Source: Vibrio alginolyticus NBRC 15630 = ATCC 17749 (GTDB lineage: Bacteria > Pseudomonadota > Gammaproteobacteria > Enterobacterales > Vibrionaceae). Taken from it: DNA of 32,000 nt. The notes under the pieces are model-generated. The model was not told where the DNA came from. It was given only the letters and a program-made list of their open reading frames with translations, and ran no database searches. The stretch covers positions 1,560,001-1,592,000 of the forward strand of contig NC_022359.1 in the NCBI RefSeq assembly GCF_000354175.2, in the 5' to 3' direction. Position 1 is the first letter of the stretch; each line of letters starts with the position of its first letter. Positions 10,116 through 20,304 of this stretch are shown here, piece by piece. Position numbers and translations under genes: made by a program.

Positions 10116-10490
10116 ATGGAAAAATACAAGATCAGTGACCTCGCCAAGGAGTTTGATATTACTACTCGCAGTATCCGGTTTTATGAAGACGTGGGTCTGA
10201 TTGAACCAGAGCGAAAAGGCAATATGCGCGTTTATCAACGCAGGGATAGAATTCGCCTCAAACTGATTTTAAGAGGGAAACGACTCGGTTTTTCATTGGC
10301 AGAAATTCGTGAACTTTTCGAGCTCTACGACATGCAACAAACCGAAGGACAGTTATTGAAAATGCTCAATATCATTGAAGAGAAACAAGCCGTCCTACAG
10401 CAACAACTCAACGACATCAGCGTCGTTATGGCAGAGTTGAATGCCGCTAAGGAGCGTTGTATTCAAACACTCAAAAGCAAGCAGACATAA
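10116..10490 (+). CDS. liuR: MerR-family transcriptional regulator of branched-chain amino acid catabolism
   Basis: ORF of 124 aa. N-terminal MerR helix-turn-helix YKISDLAKEFDITTRSIRFYEDVGLI plus a C-terminal coiled coil. It is the first gene of the liu operon and is divergent from the Ile/Val operon. Confidence 0.85.
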   Translation: MEKYKISDLAKEFDITTRSIRFYEDVGLIEPERKGNMRVYQRRDRIRLKLILRGKRLGFSLAEIRELFELYDMQQTEGQLLKMLNIIEEKQAVLQQQLNDISVVMAELNAAKERCIQTLKSKQT

Positions 10491-10556
10491 ACGCTATACT
10501 CAATTAGCAACACCGCTACAGGCTTTTCCACCTTACCTCTGATACCGGGAGACGTT

Positions 10557-11726
10557 ATGAAAAGCACCTATACCCCACTCAATTTCGGACTTGGTGATAC
10601 CATCGATATGCTCCGAGAACACGTTAATGCCTTTGCTACGGAACATATCGCGCCCATCGCCGCTGAGATAGACCGCGATAACCAGTTCCCGAATCATTTA
10701 TGGCCTTTGTTGGGAGAAATGGGGTTGCTTGGTGTGACCGTCGATGAAGAGCTTGGTGGTGCAGGCATGGGATACCTCGCTCATGTTGTTGCCATGGAAG
10801 AAATCAGCCGTGCCTCTGCGTCTGTCGCTTTAAGCTACGGCGCTCATTCTAACCTGTGCGTCAACCAAATCTTTCGTAACGGCACGCCTTCTCAACGCGA
10901 AAAATACCTTCCAAAACTCATTGATGGTACGCACGTTGGCGCCCTAGCGATGAGCGAGCCCAATGCCGGTTCAGACGTGATAAGCATGCAACTGAAAGCG
11001 GAGAACAAGGGCGACCATTTTGTACTGAATGGCAACAAAATGTGGATAACAAATGGGCCCGATGCTGACGTAGTGGTGCTTTACGCTAAAACAGATGTCA
11101 GCGCAGGTTCACGTGGCATTACCGCATTCATTATTGAACGTAACTTCGCAGGTTTCACTCATGCTCAAAAGCTGGACAAGCTAGGCATGAGAGGCTCGAA
11201 TACTTGCGAACTTGTATTTAACCATTGCGTAGTGCCAAAAGAGAATATTCTTGGCGAGTTGAATCAAGGCGTCGAGGTATTAATGAGTGGGCTGGATTAC
11301 GAGCGCGTCGTCCTCGCTGCCGGACCACTCGGGATAATGCAAGCTTGCATGGACATTGTGGTCCCGTACGTACATGAACGAGAGCAGTTTGGAAAATCCA
11401 TTGGCGAGTTTCAGTTAGTTCAGGGCAAGATCGCCGATATGTACTCTCGAATGAGTGCAGCAAAAGCGTATGTATATACCGTCGCAGCGGCTTGTGATCG
11501 AGGTAACGCAACACGCAAAGACGCCGCTGGCGCGATTTTGTACAGTGCAGAACTCGCCACACAAATGGCACTCGATGCAATACAACTGCTCGGTGGGAAT
11601 GGCTACATCAATGAATACCCTGCTGGTCGTTTGCTACGTGATGCAAAGCTTTATGAAATCGGCGCGGGTACCTCAGAGATTCGCCGCATGTTAATAGGCC
11701 GAGAACTGTTCGAAGAATCTCGCTAA
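10557..11726 (+). CDS. liuA: isovaleryl-CoA dehydrogenase
   Basis: ORF of 389 aa. ACAD motifs [10 protein letters not shown] and [19 protein letters not shown] Shine-Dalgarno precedes the start. Its position after liuR and before the carboxyltransferase fits. Confidence 0.9.
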   Translation: MKSTYTPLNFGLGDTIDMLREHVNAFATEHIAPIAAEIDRDNQFPNHLWPLLGEMGLLGVTVDEELGGAGMGYLAHVVAMEEISRASASVALSYGAHSNLCVNQIFRNGTPSQREKYLPKLIDGTHVGALAMSEPNAGSDVISMQLKAENKGDHFVLNGNKMWITNGPDADVVVLYAKTDVSAGSRGITAFIIERNFAGFTHAQKLDKLGMRGSNTCELVFNHCVVPKENILGELNQGVEVLMSGLDYERVVLAAGPLGIMQACMDIVVPYVHEREQFGKSIGEFQLVQGKIADMYSRMSAAKAYVYTVAAACDRGNATRKDAAGAILYSAELATQMALDAIQLLGGNGYINEYPAGRLLRDAKLYEIGAGTSEIRRMLIGRELFEESR

Positions 11727-11751
11727 CGGAACATACGACAAGGAAGTCATT

Positions 11752-13356
11752 ATGGCCATTATCAAAAGTAAAACTAAGCCAACTGACGAGTTATTTCTTT
11801 CCAATAAAGCTGTTATGGAAACGTTGGTCACTCAACTTAATCAACACATCGAGACCATCAAACAGGGCGGCGGTGAAAAAGCCATTGAGCACCAGAGGCA
11901 AAAAGGAAAACTCCCCGCACGAGAACGCATCGCGCGCTTGCTTGATGACAACACTGACTTTCTTGAAATCAGCCAGTTTGCCGCCTGGCAAGTGTATGAC
12001 GAAGCGATCCCCTGCGCTGGTGTTATCGCCGGCATTGGTATCATAGAGGGGATTCAATGCATGGTCATCGCCAACGATGCTTCGGTAAAAGGCGGAACCT
12101 ACTACCCACTCACGGTAAAAAAACACCTTAGAGCGCAAGAGATTGCCCAACGTTGCCAACTCCCCTGCGTGTACTTGGTGGACTCCGGTGGCGCAAATCT
12201 CCCTCATCAGTCCGACGTCTTCCCCGACAAAGAACACTTTGGTCGCATTTTCTTTAACCAAGCGAGAATGTCAGCGAAAAGCATCCCCCAAGTTGCTGTT
12301 GTGATGGGGCTTTGCACTGCTGGGGGCGCGTACGTTCCTGCCATGGCGGATGTGTCCATTATGGTTAAAGAGCAAGGCACCATTTTTTTGGCGGGGCCAC
12401 CTTTGGTGAAAGCGGCCACTGGCGAAGTCGTGACGGGTGAAGAGCTCGGCGGTGCAGACGTGCATTGTCGAAAATCTGGTGTCGCAGATTATTACGCTGA
12501 AAATGATGAACATGCCCTAATGCTTGCGAGAGAAGCCATTGCCAATGCCAATAGAACAAGACCTGTTAAGCCAGAAAACACCGTACTTCCTCCCCGCTAC
12601 GACGCAGAAGAAATCTACGGAATCGTGAATGCCAACTTACGACTGTCATTCGACGTTCGAGAAATTATTGCCCGCATCGTCGATGATTCTGATTTCGACG
12701 AATTCAAAGCCTTGTACGGCAGAACGCTAGTGTGTGGCTTCGCTCGTATTCAAGGACACTTGATTGGTATTGTGGCAAACAACGGTATCTTGTTTTCTGA
12801 ATCGGCACAAAAAGGCGCGCACTTTATTGAGCTGTGCGCCAAACGGAAAACACCGCTTCTCTTTCTCCAAAACATTACCGGCTTTATGGTCGGAAAAAAG
12901 GTTGAAGAAGAAGGCATCGCAAAACATGGCGCCAAGCTAGTGATGGCCGTCGCTTGTGCTGACGTGCCGAAGTTTACCGTGATCATCGGTGGATCGTACG
13001 GCGCTGGTAATTACGGCATGTGCGGCCGAGCGTATGATCCAACCATGATGTGGATGTGGCCGAACGCGCGTATTTCTGTGATGGGCGGAGAACAAGCAGC
13101 AGGCGTTTTAACACAAGTTCGAAAAGACGCGAAGGAACGTCAGGGGGAAGCGTGGTCAGAGCAAGAAGAGCACATTTTTAGAGAATCGATCATAGACTTG
13201 TATGAAACACAAGGACATCCCTATTTTGCGAGTGCTCGGCTATGGGATGACGGAATTATTGACCCTAAAAAAACGCGCCAGGTGTTGAGTCAAGCGTTAA
13301 TGGCAGCATTAAACGCCCCCATTCCTGATAGCGAGTTTGGCGTCTTCAGAATGTAA
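11752..13356 (+). CDS. liuB: 3-methylcrotonyl-CoA carboxylase beta subunit (carboxyltransferase)
   Basis: ORF of 534 aa, the typical length. Two carboxyltransferase halves are visible ([22 protein letters not shown]..., [30 protein letters not shown]). An AAGGAAG Shine-Dalgarno precedes the start. Confidence 0.9.
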   Translation: MAIIKSKTKPTDELFLSNKAVMETLVTQLNQHIETIKQGGGEKAIEHQRQKGKLPARERIARLLDDNTDFLEISQFAAWQVYDEAIPCAGVIAGIGIIEGIQCMVIANDASVKGGTYYPLTVKKHLRAQEIAQRCQLPCVYLVDSGGANLPHQSDVFPDKEHFGRIFFNQARMSAKSIPQVAVVMGLCTAGGAYVPAMADVSIMVKEQGTIFLAGPPLVKAATGEVVTGEELGGADVHCRKSGVADYYAENDEHALMLAREAIANANRTRPVKPENTVLPPRYDAEEIYGIVNANLRLSFDVREIIARIVDDSDFDEFKALYGRTLVCGFARIQGHLIGIVANNGILFSESAQKGAHFIELCAKRKTPLLFLQNITGFMVGKKVEEEGIAKHGAKLVMAVACADVPKFTVIIGGSYGAGNYGMCGRAYDPTMMWMWPNARISVMGGEQAAGVLTQVRKDAKERQGEAWSEQEEHIFRESIIDLYETQGHPYFASARLWDDGIIDPKKTRQVLSQALMAALNAPIPDSEFGVFRM

Positions 13357-13385
13357 ATATCCAAAGATGAATTAAGGAAGTAAGT

Positions 13386-14225
13386 ATGCAGGAAATGCAA
13401 CCAAGCATTATTCCCAACGCCCAAAGGCAAGATGATGTTCTTTGGCATGTCGATGATAATGGCGTAGCGACCATTACCCTAAACAGAACAGCTAAACACA
13501 ATGCTTTTGACGCTTGTACGATCGACTTGCTGATCCACCGCCTAGATTATCTCGCTTTACGAACGGATGTGCGGTGCTTGGTATTAAGAAGTAACGGTAA
13601 GCATTTTTCATCCGGGGCCGATTTGAATTGGATGCAGTCGATGGCCGACAGCACGAGGCAAGATAACTTCGTTGATGCCCAAAACTTGGCAAGACTCATG
13701 GAAACATTAGATTCGTTCCCTCAACCCACCATCGCAGTTGTTCAAGGTTCCGCTTATGGTGGCGCTTTGGGGTTGATTTGTTGTAGTGATATCGCCATCG
13801 CAAGCCAAAGTGCCAACTTTTGCTTAAGTGAAGTTAGGCTTGGTTTAGTTCCAGCGACCATTGCGCCTTACGTCATGCGCGCGATGGGGAATAGACAAGC
13901 TAGACGCTATATCTTAAGTGGTGAAGTCATTTCAGCCGAAGATGCCGAACGGTTTGGTATTGTGCACGAAGTGAAAGAAGCCAAACAGCTTGAAAATGCG
14001 GTCGATAGCGTAATCAAGACGTTGCTACTTAATAGCCCAGATGCGATGCGTAAAGCGAAAACGCTCTGCCATCAATGTCATCAAAACCCCATCGATCAAC
14101 AACTGATTCACTATACTAGCAAGCTCATTGCGGACATTAGAGTATCACCCCAAGGTCAAGATGGGCTGCAAGCGTTTCTTGAAAAACGTAGCCCAAGTTG
14201 GGTCACCAAGTCACAGGACAAGTAA
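13386..14225 (+). CDS. liuC: methylglutaconyl-CoA hydratase (crotonase family)
   Basis: ORF of 279 aa. Motifs FSSGADLNWM, GSAYGGALGLICCSDI and LQAFLEKRSPSW. The protein looks full length. The stop TAA is at 14223-14225. Confidence 0.85.
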   Translation: MQEMQPSIIPNAQRQDDVLWHVDDNGVATITLNRTAKHNAFDACTIDLLIHRLDYLALRTDVRCLVLRSNGKHFSSGADLNWMQSMADSTRQDNFVDAQNLARLMETLDSFPQPTIAVVQGSAYGGALGLICCSDIAIASQSANFCLSEVRLGLVPATIAPYVMRAMGNRQARRYILSGEVISAEDAERFGIVHEVKEAKQLENAVDSVIKTLLLNSPDAMRKAKTLCHQCHQNPIDQQLIHYTSKLIADIRVSPQGQDGLQAFLEKRSPSWVTKSQDK

Positions 14226-15133
14226 TGCTACCTTCCAAAGTAAAGATTGTCGAAGTAGGTCCTAGAGATGGGTTGCAAAATGAATCTCCTGTTGCGACCC
14301 AGACTAAAATCCGGCTGATCAACTTACTCTCTGATACTGGGTTAACGCATATTGAGGCGGGCTCTTTTGTCTCACCCAAATGGGTGCCACAAATGGCGGA
14401 CTCAATAGAGGTCATGAAAGCAATAACACGGCGAAATCATGTTACCTACTCTGCCCTGACACCAAACCTAAAAGGCTTAGAACAAGCGTTGGAGGCTGAC
14501 GCCAATCAGGTCGCAATTTTCACTTCATCCTCAGAAGGATTCTGCCAACACAATATCAATTGCTCGATTGCAGATAGCCTAACTCGCTTCGAACCTGTAA
14601 TGCGATTAGCCACCAAACACGGCATCCCTGTTCGTGGCTATCTATCCTGCGTTGCCGACTGCCCTTACGATGGCCCGACAGCCCCTAAACAAGTGGCGAG
14701 CGTGGTCAAATCACTCATCGATTTAGGGTGTTATGAGGTGTCTCTAGGCGACACAATCGGTACAGGCACGCCAAACCGTATCGCTGCTATGCTAGAAGCC
14801 GTCATGTTGGTTGCACCTCTTCCCCAGCTTGCTGTCCATTTCCACGACACATGGGGACAAGCTCTCACCAACATTTATCAGGCACTGAGTATGGGCATCA
14901 ACACCATCGACAGTAGTGTGGCTGGGCTGGGTGGATGCCCATACGCTCATGGCGCATCAGGGAATGTCGCAACGGAGGATGTACTATATTTATGCCAAGG
15001 GTTAGGAATAGAGACGGGGATCGACTTAGAGCTACTGGCTAAAGCTGGCTGGATGATCAGCGAAGAGCTGGGTCGGCAGCCTACATCAAAAGTGTCATTA
15101 GCATTGCGTAACCGCGTATTATCACTTTCGTAG
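14225..15133 (+). CDS. liuE: hydroxymethylglutaryl-CoA lyase
   Basis: ORF 14198..15133. The ATG at 14225 overlaps the liuC stop as TAATG. Motifs VEVGPRDGLQNE, HFHDTWGQA and GLGGCPYA. Confidence 0.9.
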   Translation: MLPSKVKIVEVGPRDGLQNESPVATQTKIRLINLLSDTGLTHIEAGSFVSPKWVPQMADSIEVMKAITRRNHVTYSALTPNLKGLEQALEADANQVAIFTSSSEGFCQHNINCSIADSLTRFEPVMRLATKHGIPVRGYLSCVADCPYDGPTAPKQVASVVKSLIDLGCYEVSLGDTIGTGTPNRIAAMLEAVMLVAPLPQLAVHFHDTWGQALTNIYQALSMGINTIDSSVAGLGGCPYAHGASGNVATEDVLYLCQGLGIETGIDLELLAKAGWMISEELGRQPTSKVSLALRNRVLSLS

Positions 15134-15179
15134 AAGGCCATCCGGCACCTCAAATTCTCCCAACCCAAGTTAATTTGCT

Positions 15180-16058
15180 CTACTTTCGAGTAGGGAAGCG
15201 AAACCGCCCGCCAGTACGATAAATAATTAGAGAAAATAAGATAAGCACACAACCTACTAGTTTATTTGCCGTTAGCACTTCGCCATACCACAGCACGCTC
15301 AGAATAACCGTCCAAACTGGTTCTAATATCATAATTAGAGCAGCGTTACCTGCCTGAACAAATTTTTGCCCCATGGTTTGCATTACGTAACGCAAGCTCG
15401 TCGCTAATAAGGTACTCAACGCAAACCACCACCAAATAGAGGAGTCCACCTCAGCCGGGAAAGATTCCATAAAAAATGAAACCAACAAACCTAAGCAACC
15501 TGCTGAAAAAAGTTGCACGCAAGTAAGCAGCAGCACAGGTAGTTTTTGAGAGTATTTGCTGTTCACATTAAAATGAAGCGCCAAAACCAGTGCTGCACCA
15601 AGAAACCACAATTGACTGGCCGATTGTTTCCAGCCACCAACTAAAGAAAGACAAGCAAGACCTAATACAGCGATAGGCAAAGAAAGCCAGAAAATTCGTT
15701 GTGGTCGTTGACGAAACATAACCCATGCAACAATCGGCACAAACAGCATGGAAAGGCTCATGATAAATGCGCCTTCCCCAAGAGTATCACTGATAGAAAT
15801 AGCGTAAATCCATGTCATAACGGCACTGCCTAACAGGAGCCCGACACCACCAGCAGAAAGCACATCTTTTAAGTTTGCTTTCAGCAAAGGTCGGTAACAT
15901 AGAGGCAGTAAGCAGAGCGAAGCGATAGTAAATCGCGCCCCAATAAAGCCAAAAGGTGGTAAACCCTGTATTGTTTCCTTAGAGAATATCCAGCCAAGTG
16001 CAGCGATCATCGTCGTCGCAACCAGAATAACCGTCGCTTTGCGTTCTGAGTTAAACAT
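15180..16058 (-). CDS. EamA/DMT-superfamily transporter
   Basis: ORF of 292 aa, almost entirely hydrophobic, with about ten predicted helices in two halves as is typical of EamA repeats. Substrate unknown. Confidence 0.75.
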   Translation of the reverse strand: MFNSERKATVILVATTMIAALGWIFSKETIQGLPPFGFIGARFTIASLCLLPLCYRPLLKANLKDVLSAGGVGLLLGSAVMTWIYAISISDTLGEGAFIMSLSMLFVPIVAWVMFRQRPQRIFWLSLPIAVLGLACLSLVGGWKQSASQLWFLGAALVLALHFNVNSKYSQKLPVLLLTCVQLFSAGCLGLLVSFFMESFPAEVDSSIWWWFALSTLLATSLRYVMQTMGQKFVQAGNAALIMILEPVWTVILSVLWYGEVLTANKLVGCVLILFSLIIYRTGGRFRFPTRK

Positions 16059-16080
16059 AAGTACTCACAAAATATGGAAC

Positions 16081-16121
16081 ACACAATAGCGCAGCAAGAG
16101 AGTTTTACTGCGCTATTGTGT
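16081..16121 (-). terminator. perfect 14-bp-stem hairpin, probable terminator/insulator after the ydiJ-like gene
   Basis: ACACAATAGCGCAG, a 13-nt loop, then CTGCGCTATTGTGT, read directly. It sits between the ydiJ-like stop (16274) and the EamA start (16058). On the minus strand it is followed by GTTCCATATTTTGTG, which is only moderately T-rich. Confidence 0.45.
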
Positions 16122-16273
16122 AAATTTGAAAGGGGTTTGTGTCGAGCGAAAAAGTGAAAGCCCGATCCTCTCCTGTATTGTTGTCACGCAGATTGAAGTT
16201 CTGCTGCTAGATACATTAAATGCAGGCAAAGTCTTAAGGCAAGCCTTTTCGCATACTAAATTACTTTAGCATT

Positions 16274-19200
16274 CTATACAGCAAGCAAACTGGCTAAAAC
16301 CTGTACCGGGTGTCGAACTACCTCCCCTTCAAAACGCTTAACTTGACTGCGGCAGGAGTACCCCGTGGCTAACACACGCTCAGTGGGCAGGTTCTTTATA
16401 TTCGGTTTCCAACTAAGCTGATATATAGCTTCAGACGTACTTTTCTTATCCACTTCATGTCCGAATGTCCCAGCCATGCCACAACATCCCGTAGGTATGA
16501 CTTGCAGATTTAAGCCAAAGTGCTGAAAAATAGACTGCCAAGATTTCTCAGTCTCCGGTATTTTGGTCTTTTCTGTGCAATGCGCCATCAAATACCAAGG
16601 CTCTTCATCTGATGCGCGTACAGCTGGCCATTCGTTGAGTGTATCCACCAGCCATTCATGAGCCGTATAAACTGTAAATTCGCCTCGCTTCTCTTTTAGA
16701 ACCTGATGGTATTCATCACGATAACAAAGCACTAAGGCTGCATCGATACCGATCATAGGAATTTCAACCTCAGCAACTTGTTTGAGAAAATCCGAGGTGT
16801 TTTGTGCATTTCTGGCGAATGCCTTAAGGAAACCTTTTACATGTTGAGCTTTCCCATTGGGTTTGAAAGGCAGAACAACAGGGTGTTTCCCTAACCGCTG
16901 CAATAACTGAATAAAGTCCGCAACCAACTCGGCTTCATAAAAGCTGGTAAATGGATCTTGAACAATCAAGACGTAATTTTGCTTCACTTCTGGGGAAAGC
17001 GATTCTAGATACACAAAGTCAAACGGGCTCACTCCAAGTGCCTGACATCGACTTTGCAACGTAGGGATCGATAGCACTGGCGAATCAATAAAACCGATGG
17101 ATGTCTCTAATACTTGCGTAACAGGCCTACTAGATGCAATTTGATTAACCAGCTTGGGAGCTTTTGCCATAATCGGCAGCAGTTGCTCAATATTCGACAC
17201 CAGATAGTCGCGCAGAGGTCTACGATAACGAGAGTGATAGAGGTGTAAAAAACGCGCTCTAAAATCAGGCACATCAACTTTAACAGGACACTGACTCGCA
17301 CACGCTTTGCACGCTAGACAACCGTTCATCACCTCATAAACTTCATGCGATAAATCATCAGGATCGGGGCGAGATATCAACTTACTCAGCTTCTGAGCCA
17401 AAAGCTTAACCGATAACGTTTGATTGAGAAGTTGCTGTTCGTTAGCGAGCAAATCGAAGTCACTGTCATTAAGGCGACGCAGCCATTCACGCATTATCCC
17501 CGCCCTCCCTTTCGGAGAGTGGCGACGATCGGCTGTCACTTTAAATGATGGACACATTGGGCTATCAGCATCGTAATTAAAACACAGCCCATTGCCATTG
17601 CAAGACAGTACGGGCTTAAGCGACTCTCGGACTTCTACGGGGATCTGACGATCATAGTAGCCACGCTTGGTCGCTGTGACTTTTACCATTTCAGCGTCGC
17701 TATTCAGTGGCGTGCAAATCTTGCCCGGGTTCATTTTATTGTCGGGGTCAAACGCCGCTTTAATACGCCTTAATTCAGTAAAGAGCTCATCACCAAAGAA
17801 GGCAGGTCCATATTCTGAGCGATATCCTTTACCGTGCTCTCCCCACATTAAACCATTGTATTTTGCCACCAGCGCGACCACATCATCGGACAGTTGATGC
17901 ATCAACGCTTCTTGTTCGGGGTCACACATATCGAGCGCTGGACGCACGTGAAGAACGCCTGCATCCACATGCCCAAACATGCCATAATGCAGGTTATTGC
18001 TGTCTAGCAACGTACGAAATTCCGCGATAAAGTCCGCCAAATTTTCAGGCGGCACACAGGTATCTTCCGCGAATGCAATCGGCTTTGCCTGACCTTTAGT
18101 CGCGCCAAGCAGCCCAACCGCTTTCTTGCGCATTACATAAATAGCTTGGATGTCTTTGGGGTCGCGACAGACTTGATAGCCGATGATACCACTGCGTCGA
18201 TGAACGATTTCTTTATCAAGAATTAAAAGTAAGCGTTCAACTTTATCCTCAATATCATCGCTTTGACTGCCTGCGAACTCGACAAAGTTAATCCCTTGCA
18301 TCTCTTTGCCCTGCACGTCTGAGATCGCGTGTTTTACCGAGTGCCAGACAATGTCTTCTCTTGCAAGGTTGAGTACTTTTGCATCGACTGTCTCAACCGA
18401 TAGCGCCTCTGCTTCGACCATCAAGGGAGCATTTCGCAATGCAGAATCAAAACTATCGTATTTAACGTTCACTAACCGTCGCGTAGTAGGTATTCGCGTA
18501 AGATTGAGCTTGGCTTCAGTAATAAAAGCTAACGTACCTTCAGAGCCACATAATATTCTCGTGACGTCAAACTCTTCACTCTTGTCGTTGATGGCATTTT
18601 TTAGGTCATAACCAGTAAGAAAGCGATTCAGAGGAGGAAACTTATCCAGAATCTGTTGACGCTTGTCTCGACAAACTTCCTCCGTAATTTTTAACGCTCG
18701 CGATACTACATCACAGTTTAACCGTTTGTTTTGTTGAATTGCTTCGGTATCGAGCACCGAGCCATCTGCCAATACGGCTTTGAGCTCCAACACATGATCC
18801 GAGGTTTTACCATATTGCAAAGAGCCTTGGCCTGATGCATCAGTATTAATCATCCCACCTAATGTTGCGCGGTTGCTGGTCGACAGATCTGGCGAGAAGA
18901 AATAACCATAAGGGCGAACGATGTCGTTGAGTTGATCTTTGACTATCCCAGCTTCCACTCTCACCCAACCTTCCTGCTCGTTGATCTCTAACACTCGATT
19001 CATGTAGCGAGACAGGTCAACCACGATCCCCGAGTTCAATGATTGTCCGTTGGTGCCCGTTCCGCCTCCTCTGGGCGAAAAGGTCAAGTGTTTAAATTCA
19101 TCACGAGCACTGACCTTGCCAAGTATTACCACATCATGATGGTTGGCAGGAAAGACGACCGACAACGGAAGTTGCTGGTAGACGCTGTTGTCAGTCGCCA

Positions 19201-19321
19201 TACTCAATCGAGTGGTATAGCGAGCATCAGTATCCCCCTTGAAACCAAGCTGTTTAAGGGTGTTAAAGAACTTGATAACCACAGGATCAGAGGAAACCTG
19301 TAGCGGAAGTGCAGGAAGCAT
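16274..19321 (-). CDS. ydiJ: FAD-binding and Fe-S oxidoreductase, YdiJ-like (D-2-hydroxyglutarate dehydrogenase family)
   Basis: ORF of 1015 aa; I recall E. coli YdiJ as about the same length. The N-terminus GFKGDTDARYTTRLSMATDNSVYQQLP and the FAD-binding PCMH domain match. A 4Fe-4S motif CLACKACASQCP is present, and the C-terminal half is Cys-rich (CCGMAG). Confidence 0.85.
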   Translation of the reverse strand: MLPALPLQVSSDPVVIKFFNTLKQLGFKGDTDARYTTRLSMATDNSVYQQLPLSVVFPANHHDVVILGKVSARDEFKHLTFSPRGGGTGTNGQSLNSGIVVDLSRYMNRVLEINEQEGWVRVEAGIVKDQLNDIVRPYGYFFSPDLSTSNRATLGGMINTDASGQGSLQYGKTSDHVLELKAVLADGSVLDTEAIQQNKRLNCDVVSRALKITEEVCRDKRQQILDKFPPLNRFLTGYDLKNAINDKSEEFDVTRILCGSEGTLAFITEAKLNLTRIPTTRRLVNVKYDSFDSALRNAPLMVEAEALSVETVDAKVLNLAREDIVWHSVKHAISDVQGKEMQGINFVEFAGSQSDDIEDKVERLLLILDKEIVHRRSGIIGYQVCRDPKDIQAIYVMRKKAVGLLGATKGQAKPIAFAEDTCVPPENLADFIAEFRTLLDSNNLHYGMFGHVDAGVLHVRPALDMCDPEQEALMHQLSDDVVALVAKYNGLMWGEHGKGYRSEYGPAFFGDELFTELRRIKAAFDPDNKMNPGKICTPLNSDAEMVKVTATKRGYYDRQIPVEVRESLKPVLSCNGNGLCFNYDADSPMCPSFKVTADRRHSPKGRAGIMREWLRRLNDSDFDLLANEQQLLNQTLSVKLLAQKLSKLISRPDPDDLSHEVYEVMNGCLACKACASQCPVKVDVPDFRARFLHLYHSRYRRPLRDYLVSNIEQLLPIMAKAPKLVNQIASSRPVTQVLETSIGFIDSPVLSIPTLQSRCQALGVSPFDFVYLESLSPEVKQNYVLIVQDPFTSFYEAELVADFIQLLQRLGKHPVVLPFKPNGKAQHVKGFLKAFARNAQNTSDFLKQVAEVEIPMIGIDAALVLCYRDEYHQVLKEKRGEFTVYTAHEWLVDTLNEWPAVRASDEEPWYLMAHCTEKTKIPETEKSWQSIFQHFGLNLQVIPTGCCGMAGTFGHEVDKKSTSEAIYQLSWKPNIKNLPTERVLATGYSCRSQVKRFEGEVVRHPVQVLASLLAV

Positions 19322-19376
19322 AATTTGAATCAGTGCCTTACGGTTGTCTTTTTAGGTTCATAACATGAATGTGGAG

Positions 19377-20246
19377 TTAAAAGCGGTAGAGGCGCTTGGG
19401 GTTATCGACCAGAATCTTGCTAAACAGTGTCGTATCTTGCGTCCAGTGCCACAAGGTATCTAATAGCTGGCCATCATTTGGCATCTCAGCAGCAAAACAT
19501 GGATGAGGCCAATCCGAGCCCCAGACGCATTGCTCTTCATTCGCTTCTAACAAAGCTTGAGCAAACGAAGAAACGTCATCATAAGGCGGAGATTGAAGCG
19601 ACAAACGATACGGTGCCGACAATTTTGTCCACACTTTCCCTTCGGCCTTAAGCTTCAATAAGGTTTGAAAACCAGGATGAGAAATCAGCTTGTTTGTTGG
19701 CATATGTCCAAGATGATCAATCACTACGGGCACGGGTAAAGCCCTTAATCGCTGATATAAGTCATCAAACTGCGAAACATCAATTAAGCATTGAAGGTGC
19801 CAGTGTCGCTCTGCAAGGCGAGCCGCTAAACGCTCAACATCACGCCACTCAATACCACCTTTAAACAGCAGGTTCATCCGCACCCCACAAAATCCGGCTT
19901 CTTGTAGCTCATCCAGCGTTTGCTCGGACACATCCGCATCCACGACCGCGACGCCTTTGTAGTCGTAACCTTGCTGGCGTAAATACCGTAATGTATCAAG
20001 ATGCAACTGGTTGTCATTGCCATACACACTCGGCTGAACCAGCACGCCATGACGGATGCCTAATTGCTGGTGCAAATGCAGGTACGCGCCGACGCTGGCA
20101 TCGGGTGGCGTGTAGGTTCGCGTTTCACAGTACGGATAACGTGAAGAAAAAACGTGGGCATGACAATCAACCGCGCCTTCAGGAATCGCGATTGTTGGTT
20201 TATTTACAAATGGGTCCGCCGCTTCACAAAATGGAATTATGCTCAT
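19377..20246 (-). CDS. amidohydrolase-2 family protein (LigI / sugar-lactonase-like)
   Basis: ORF of 289 aa. N-terminal DCHAHVF, a central IDHLGH and a C-terminal WGSDWPHP are the pattern of 2-pyrone-4,6-dicarboxylate lactonase-type TIM-barrel hydrolases. Substrate unknown. Confidence 0.75.
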   Translation of the reverse strand: MSIIPFCEAADPFVNKPTIAIPEGAVDCHAHVFSSRYPYCETRTYTPPDASVGAYLHLHQQLGIRHGVLVQPSVYGNDNQLHLDTLRYLRQQGYDYKGVAVVDADVSEQTLDELQEAGFCGVRMNLLFKGGIEWRDVERLAARLAERHWHLQCLIDVSQFDDLYQRLRALPVPVVIDHLGHMPTNKLISHPGFQTLLKLKAEGKVWTKLSAPYRLSLQSPPYDDVSSFAQALLEANEEQCVWGSDWPHPCFAAEMPNDGQLLDTLWHWTQDTTLFSKILVDNPKRLYRF

Positions 20247-20270
20247 CGAAAATCATCCTGTCAGAAAGGT

Positions 20271-20297
20271 AGAGGTGCCATCAACGAAAGCACCTCT
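20271..20297 (-). terminator. 8-bp-stem hairpin between the hydrolase and amidohydrolase genes (possible attenuator or weak terminator)
   Basis: AGAGGTGC, an 11-nt loop, then GCACCTCT, read directly. On the minus strand it is followed by ACCTTTCTGAC. Confidence 0.35.
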
Positions 20298-20304
20298 TGA
20301 AGAC

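Noticed and set aside
11791-12261. 156-aa minus-strand ORF within liuB, plus similar antisense ORFs at 4390-4782, 4704-5021, 5256-5579, 5893-6207, 9416-9757, 11218-11580, 2871-3215 and 3074-3388
   Set aside because: All lie fully inside or straddle strongly supported genes on the opposite strand or in another frame. They have no recognisable motifs and are best explained as chance open frames.
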